From: the human T2T-CHM13v2.0 reference genome, Homo sapiens
NCBI RefSeq assembly: GCF_009914755.1
Contig: NC_060929.1
Length of the DNA: 64,000 bases
Reading direction: 5' to 3' (one strand)
Position numbers and translations under genes: made by a program. The number at the start of each line of letters is the position of its first letter. The stretch's first letter is position 1. The notes beneath the pieces were generated by a model that was given only the letters and a program-made list of their open reading frames with translations, was not told where the DNA came from and ran no database searches. This document shows positions 57,588-64,000 of the stretch, piece after piece.

Positions 57588-57923
57588 TGATGTAGTTTGG
57601 ATTTTTGTCCCCTCCAAATCTCATGTTGAAATGTGATTCCCTAATGGAGGTGGGACCTGGTGGGAAGTGTTGGGTTCATGGGAGTGGATCCCTCATGAAT
57701 AGCTTCATGCCCTCCCTGTGGTAATGAGTTCAGGCAAGATCTAGTTGTTAAAAAGAGTCTGTGACCTCCCCGCTTCTCTCCTTGGCCTTACCAGAGGCGG
57801 AGCAGATACTGGCACCATGCTTCTTGTATAGCCTACAAGACTATGAGCCAAATAAATATCTTTCCCTTAAAATTACTCAGTCCCAGACATTCCTTTATAA
57901 GCAATGGAAAATAGACTACCACA
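57588..57923 (+). mobile_element. MSTB-like solo LTR with an internal deletion
   Basis: TGATGTAGTTTGGATTTTTGTCCCCTCCAAATCTCATGTTGAAATGTGA...TGAGCCAAATAAA...ACA. Confidence 0.87.
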
Positions 57924-59142
57924 TGTTTTGCAAAATAGACTACCACATGTTTTGAAAAAGAATTTTATCAGTTGAATAGTATCAGTGTGTAATTTAATAC
58001 AATGATGAGCACTTCTACTTCCTCAATGAAGATCTAATTGTGCACTTATTTTTGTATTTTTAATAGAAAGAACTGAATACACCATATGGTTCTAATCCAA
58101 CCTCATTGTACAGAGGCAGAAACCAGAAAGCCACAGAATTTAAATAAATGTCTATATGCTACACAGGTAGTAAATGGCAAAACTGCTACCAGCATCTACG
58201 TACAAATCTTAAATCTTCTTTTTAACAAGCTGAAATGTAAAAATCTTCCAAAAAGTGGCTTTAGTTTTACATAGCTACTTATGAAAAATATGAGAACAGG
58301 GCTTTAATATGGTATAAGTTACAGAGTTATCTTTGTTTATATATACTAATGGTAGCCAAATAATACTTGATAGTTAAATGAAGCTAGTGTTTAGTGTAAT
58401 AGGTTTCCACTGAGCCTGAGCTATTTGTCTTATTCAGTTGTTTTCTTTAGTGCTCCTATAGAAGTCTTCCTCTACAATTGATACTTACTTACTAATGTGC
58501 ACACTGATACTTAAGGTCTGTTTAACCTTCTTTAGGTGTCACGTTAAATTTAGTGAAGTCGCCTTTAGTTCTTGACTGAAGGCTAGAAATAAGACCAGAT
58601 CTGTCAACTTTTCTGTTACTCAAGACCTCTGGATAGATTTATAGAGGAAATATAAGGACACAAGCATCTTTTAAAGTTGAAGCTCTGTTCATCCCTCAAG
58701 GTAATAAAATAGGTAGAATTTACTATAATTACATTCCTTTCTAAATTGTAATATATATATTTATATATATATATATATTTTTTTCCCCAGCCCAATAATT
58801 GTTAATACATTTGAAAAGTAAGGGTTTTTTTTTGGCCTGTTTCCTCATTACTACACATTCCTAATTCTTTATCGTCCTTGTCTTGTTGTTTCTTCTTTCT
58901 AGGACACATCTTTAAGTTAACTCAAAATGATACTGGGGCTTCAAAAGAATAACTGTCAGAGAAATGTTTCCAACTAGGAAGTTTCATTCAATTAAAATAA
59001 AGTGAGCTGTATTTCATCAGAATAGGTAATGTTCTAGAATTCCAAGGCAGAGAAAATTGCATCTACAGGTCAGGCTGCTTTTATTTATGGTTTTATTAAA
59101 TTGTATTGTTTATTACCATGTACAAGTTTATAACCCACACAG

Positions 59143-59946
59143 TGATATTATGAAATATATATTTGGTCTTTGTTCCTGTTTCCTGGCACATAACTCCTAA
59201 AATCTTTGAAATCTTCAAAGTACTAAGTGTCTTTTATAAATGAGTCGACTGATGGCTGGCAGTCCCTAGGTAGCCTTGGGATAGGGCTGGGGATTGATCA
59301 CCAGAAAGACCAAGGTAGGATTAGAGGTTTAGGACTTTTAGGCCCACCTCCCAACCTCCCAGGAGGGGAGAAAGGCTGAAAGTTAAGTTGATCACCAATG
59401 GCTTATAATTTAATCAATCATGCCTACAAAATGAAGCCTTCATAGAAGCCGAATGATAGAGTTTAGATGAGTTTCTGGATAACTGAACACATGGAGGTCC
59501 CTGGAAGGTGGCTTGAATGGGGAGAACATGAAAACTCTGCACCCCTTCCCTCATACCTCACCCTACGCATCCCTTCATCTGTATCCATTGAAATATCCTT
59601 TATAATAAACAAGTAAATGTGTTTCCTTGAATTCTGTTAGCTGCTGTAGCAAGTTATTTGAATCTGAAGAGGAAGTTATGGGGACCCCACTTTATAGCTT
59701 GTTGTCAGAAGCACAGTTAAAAGAACCTGGGGCTTGTGATTGGCACTGGAAGTGGGGGACACTCTTCTGGGACTGAGCCTTTATCCACCTGTCTGTGTCA
59801 GGATTGAATTGAAGGATGCCCAGCTGCAAATTCCTCTGCAGAATTGATTGCTTGTTTGCTGCTCTGGAGAAATCCCACACAGCTGGTGTCAGAAACATGT
59901 TGTGAGGGATAGTGAGTGAAACTGAGTTTGTTTTTTCCACTCACAC
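59143..59946 (+). mobile_element. MER21-family LTR
   Basis: TGATATTATGAAATATATATTTGGTCT...TTCCTGGCACATAACTCCTAAAA...GATCACCAGAAAGACCAAGG...GATCACCAATGGC. Confidence 0.85.
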
Positions 59947-60858
59947 ACTCACTCTGATTCTTTAAAAAATTTTTCCTTGTTTCTAGAGAACATTATGCCT
60001 CTATATTCATTTCTAATTTCTTAGTCATAGGCTGTTTTATATATCTTTCTCTCTAGCTTATACTGTGATTCTTCCCACTTCACGGAACCTTTATATGGTG
60101 ATCCCAGAGAGCATTAGTGAGAGCTAATCATAGCTCTTGTCTGTTTGCAAAAGGTGCAAATATAGTTCCTATGACAATAAGCCTTTCATCTGCATGCCAG
60201 TCACATTGCAAATCTCGTGATCTACAAGTGGTAAAAGTCTCAATGTGCACAAATTTTATCTCGGTCAAGTCAAAAATTTAAACAGTTTATTTGAGGATAC
60301 TAATACTAGCCTAATTCATAAATTATTGCAAAAATCAAATGACGTATTTCTTAGTAAGCAATTTGTAATAGATAAAGAAGAGATATCGTAATAAAATGAG
60401 CTATGATGGTATCATTATTTACTAAATCCCAGACAGAAGTCAGTACCAATATACGGTTGTTATCCAATGGCATATCTCCAAAGTGTTTTGGTGGTTTTGC
60501 AAGGTCTTCCTCAGCTTCTCTTCTACTCAGAGAAATAGGAGTATAGAGTTCCAGGTAAAAGTAAACATTATACTTTAATTTCTAACTTTTCAAGTTAAGT
60601 AAAATGCGAAAGTTTTAAGACTGAATTCAGATTGTTTCAAGCAAAGCAAAACTTAAGCATGTCATTTAGCAAAGTTGTTGAGTTTAAATTTTCTCAGCAG
60701 GTTAATTTTTATTTCTATGTTTTAAAACACGGTACTCTTCTCTAAGCTGTTTCTTCATCCATTTAGCATTACTATGTGCTCGATGGCTTTACTACTGTAA
60801 GGACCACAATAATCTCATTTACTTGGAGCCTATTTGCTAAAGCACTGGGAATTTTATG

Positions 60859-61205
60859 TGTCTTAGTCCATTTTGTGCTGCTATAGTAGGACACCTAAGA
60901 ATGGGCAATTCATAATGAACAGAGACTTACTGGCTTGCAGTTCTGGAGGCTGGAAAGTCCAAGATCAAGAGTCTGGCATCTGGTGAGAGCCTTCTTGCTT
61001 TGTCAGCCTATAATAGAAGGGCAAAGAGAAAGGGAAAGAGAAAACTCATAGCTTCAAACTGTTTTTGTAATTAGCATTACTCCATTCATGATGGTTGGGC
61101 CTCATGACCTAAACACCTCTTATAAGATTCCTCTTCCTAATACTGTTACGTTGGGGATTAATTTTCCAACAGAAGCTTTCTGTAAGACACATGAAAACCA
61201 TAGCA
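60859..61205 (-). mobile_element. MST (MSTB2/C/D-like) solo LTR
   Basis: TGTCTTAGTCCATTTTGTGCTGCTATA...GTTCTGGAGGCTGGAAAGTCCAAGATCAAG...AAACCATAGCA. Confidence 0.85.
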
Positions 61206-61414
61206 ATAAGTTATCCTAAAAATCATTTTGTTAATTTGCTTAAACTATTTTACATTCATATTTTTACATAATTATATAAGTATTATAAATCGAAGATTCA
61301 ATTTGAATTAATATTTCCAAGAACATCTTTTTCAAAAATCTAAATTACATATGTGTTTGAAGCTATAATTTAAATGTCTAATTTGATTTTCCAAAAATCT
61401 TTAAAAAAGATTTA

Positions 61415-61555
61415 ATTGATCCTCATTATTTGCAGATTCTATATTTTCAAATTTTCCAACTTTCTAAAATATATTTGTAAAAACAAAATCAAAGCTATGA
61501 CACTTTCCTAGTCATTTGTGGACATGCTCGTGGTGGTAAAAAATTTAAATCATTA
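61415..61555 (+). mobile_element. MER6-like Tigger DNA transposon 5' fragment
   Basis: TTGATCCTCATTATTTGCAGATTC...TAAAATATATTTGTAA...GTCATTTGTGGACATGC. Confidence 0.7.
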
Positions 61556-61645
61556 ATAGAACTTAAAAGTGACAGGACTCAAAATGGCATGGGGTTTATG
61601 ACGAACCTAGGTCGGAAACCTGAGTATAAAAATTTACTATTCTTC

Positions 61646-61946
<301 letters not shown>

Positions 61947-62199
61947 TTACTACTCTTCTTATTGCTACCCATATACAATCAATTACTATTTCCTTTGGAC
62001 ATCATGGGATAAGTAACATGTTTATGAAATCCACCATTTCTGGACTTACTGAATAATTTTCTAACCATTCTTCCCAGTGACTTCAATGTTGTATTTCTCA
62101 CATCCATTTTATTGCCAAAGTTCACCATAATATATTATTTAAAATAGCACACTAATTAATATTATTCAATAACTGAAAAGAACTATTGCAAAAATTTAA

Positions 62200-63110
62200 G
62201 AATTATTTTTGTTATTTAAAATGTATATAATTGGATATTGATAATTTTTAATTGTATACATTTATAGGATTCAGAGTTATGCTGTGATATATGTATACAA
62301 TGTGGAATGATTGAATCAAGCAAATGTATATACCCATCACCTCAAATATTTATTATTTATTCCTCCCATCTGAAACATTGTACCCTTTGACTATTACCTC
62401 TCAGTTTTTCCCTGTCCCCAGGCTCTGGTAACTACCATTCTGGCCTCTGCTTCTACGTGCTTGATATTTTTAGATTCCACATATAAGCAAGTCCATGTGG
62501 TATCTGTGTTTCTGTGCCTGGCTTATTTCACTTAGCGTAATATCCTCCAAGTTCATTCATGTTGTCACAAATGGCAAAATTTTATTCTTTTTAAGGCTGA
62601 ATAATATTCCATTGTGTGTATATTTAAAATCTTGTCTTCATCTATTCTTTGGTGATGGACACTTATATTGAATCCAAAACTTGGGTATTGTGAATAGGGC
62701 TTCAATAAAACATAAGAGTGCAGATAGCTCTTCAGCATACTGATTTCAAATCCTCTGGATATGTTCCTAGAAGTAAGATTGCTAGATCATATGGTAACAC
62801 TATTTTTAGTTTTTAAAGCAACCTCCATACTGTTTTCCATAATGGCTGTATTAATTTACATTCCTTCCAACAGTGTGCAAGAGTTCCCTTTTCTCCACAT
62901 TCTGACCAACACATGTCTTTCATCTTTCTGATAATAGCCATTCTGGTAGATGTGAGGTAATGTCTCATTTTGGCTTTAATTTGCATTTTCCTAATTATTA
63001 GTGATGCTAAACATTTTTTAATGTATCTGATGGCCATTTGTGTAATTTCTTTTGAGAAATGTTTATTCAGGTTCTTTGCCCATTTTTAAATCAGGTTATT
63101 TGTCTTCTTG
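62200..63110 (-). mobile_element. L1MA (MA5-7-like) 3' end
   Basis: ATGTATACAATGTGGAATGATTGAATCAAGC and ORF2 tail 62813-63037 ([16 protein letters not shown]...LWKTVWR). Confidence 0.9.
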
Positions 63111-63559
63111 TCTAGCAAAAATTTTAACCCTAAGAACAGTGTTTAATGGGTTAGGACACCACCTGAAATTGTATGCAGGATGTTGTTAAAATGCTTCTTA
63201 GTGATTTGTATCACCCTTGGAAAATATATACAATCTTTTATCAGATTATACAAGGAGTCTTGATCATGTCTCCTACCAAAATAAAAAGTCTAAAGTCCTT
63301 AGGAAAGCCTAAAGGGATTTTATTGTACTCCTGCTACCTTTGCGGACTTGTCTCTTATTCCTTATTTATACTGCAGCAACATTAAACTGCTTGTGGTTCC
63401 TAGCACACACCTTAGCTTTCCTAATAGAGACTACATTGATTGAATGCTTTTGTGTTTGTACATTCCTACGCAGTACCTGGTTAAGTCCTCCTCATTCTTT
63501 CAGACACTTTACGAAAAATTGGAACTATATTAAATGGGCTAAAAAAAAGTAATAAAAGA

Positions 63560-64000
63560 CCAGTGTATCTGAGCACAGCAGGAGGGAGTCCAGTGGTATA
63601 GCATGATGTAAGAATGTCAGAGAGGTAGTCAGGGGCCAGATTACATGAAATGTTGTAAACTGGGCTAGGATGTTGGGATTTTATTCTAGTGTGATGAAAA
63701 GCCATTAGAAAGTTGTAATAGAGAAGTCTAACGTGAAGTGATTTCCGTTTTTTAAAATGCCACTCTGTCCATGCCTACAAATAAGGGGAAAAAACTCCAA
63801 AATAACAACAAAAAATACCACTCTGATATTGTATAGAAAATAGACTGTAGGAGGAGAGATGGGAGTAGTGAGACAAATTATGAGGATATGACAATACTCT
63901 ATCCAGGACAATGGTTATTTAGCAAGGATTATAGCAGTGACATTGGAAAAAAACAGTCCTTCTGGCTTTATGCTGGGATATACTTTGGAGATCAAGTTGA
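63560..64000 (-). mobile_element. L2 fragment
   Basis: GGGGCCAGATTACATG, TTTATTCTAGTGTGATGAAAAGCCATTAGAA, GGATATACTTTGGAG. Confidence 0.7.

Overview
This is AT-rich primate genomic DNA (human or great ape, judged from AluJ/S/Y, L1PA, THE1/MST and LTR10-type repeats). Roughly half or more is interspersed repeat: a long minus-strand L1PA with its 5' end, several 5'-truncated L1PA/L1M pieces, 13 Alu copies or fragments, about 16 solo LTRs in both orientations, L2/MIR relics and two DNA transposon relics (MER115-like, MER6-like). I found no convincing protein-coding gene, RNA gene or CpG island. The ORF-track entries I could assign are L1/Alu/LTR fragments or low-complexity artefacts, and the mixed LTR orientation suits intergenic or lncRNA territory. 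Subfamily names come from remembered consensus features and are tentative. The best leads are: (1) a 39-bp CpG-bearing micro-insertion with a perfect 18-bp target-site duplication at 33641-33715; (2) three abutting p53 half-sites in an LTR10-type LTR; (3) a possible ancient RTE-class LINE C-terminus; (4) two minus-strand candidate exons that would splice in frame to a 48-aa ORF; (5) closely spaced inverted Alu and L1 pairs; (6) a twin-priming L1; (7) a repeat-free enhancer-like block at about 51-53.5 kb. I cannot support a claim of a new biological system from this sequence alone.
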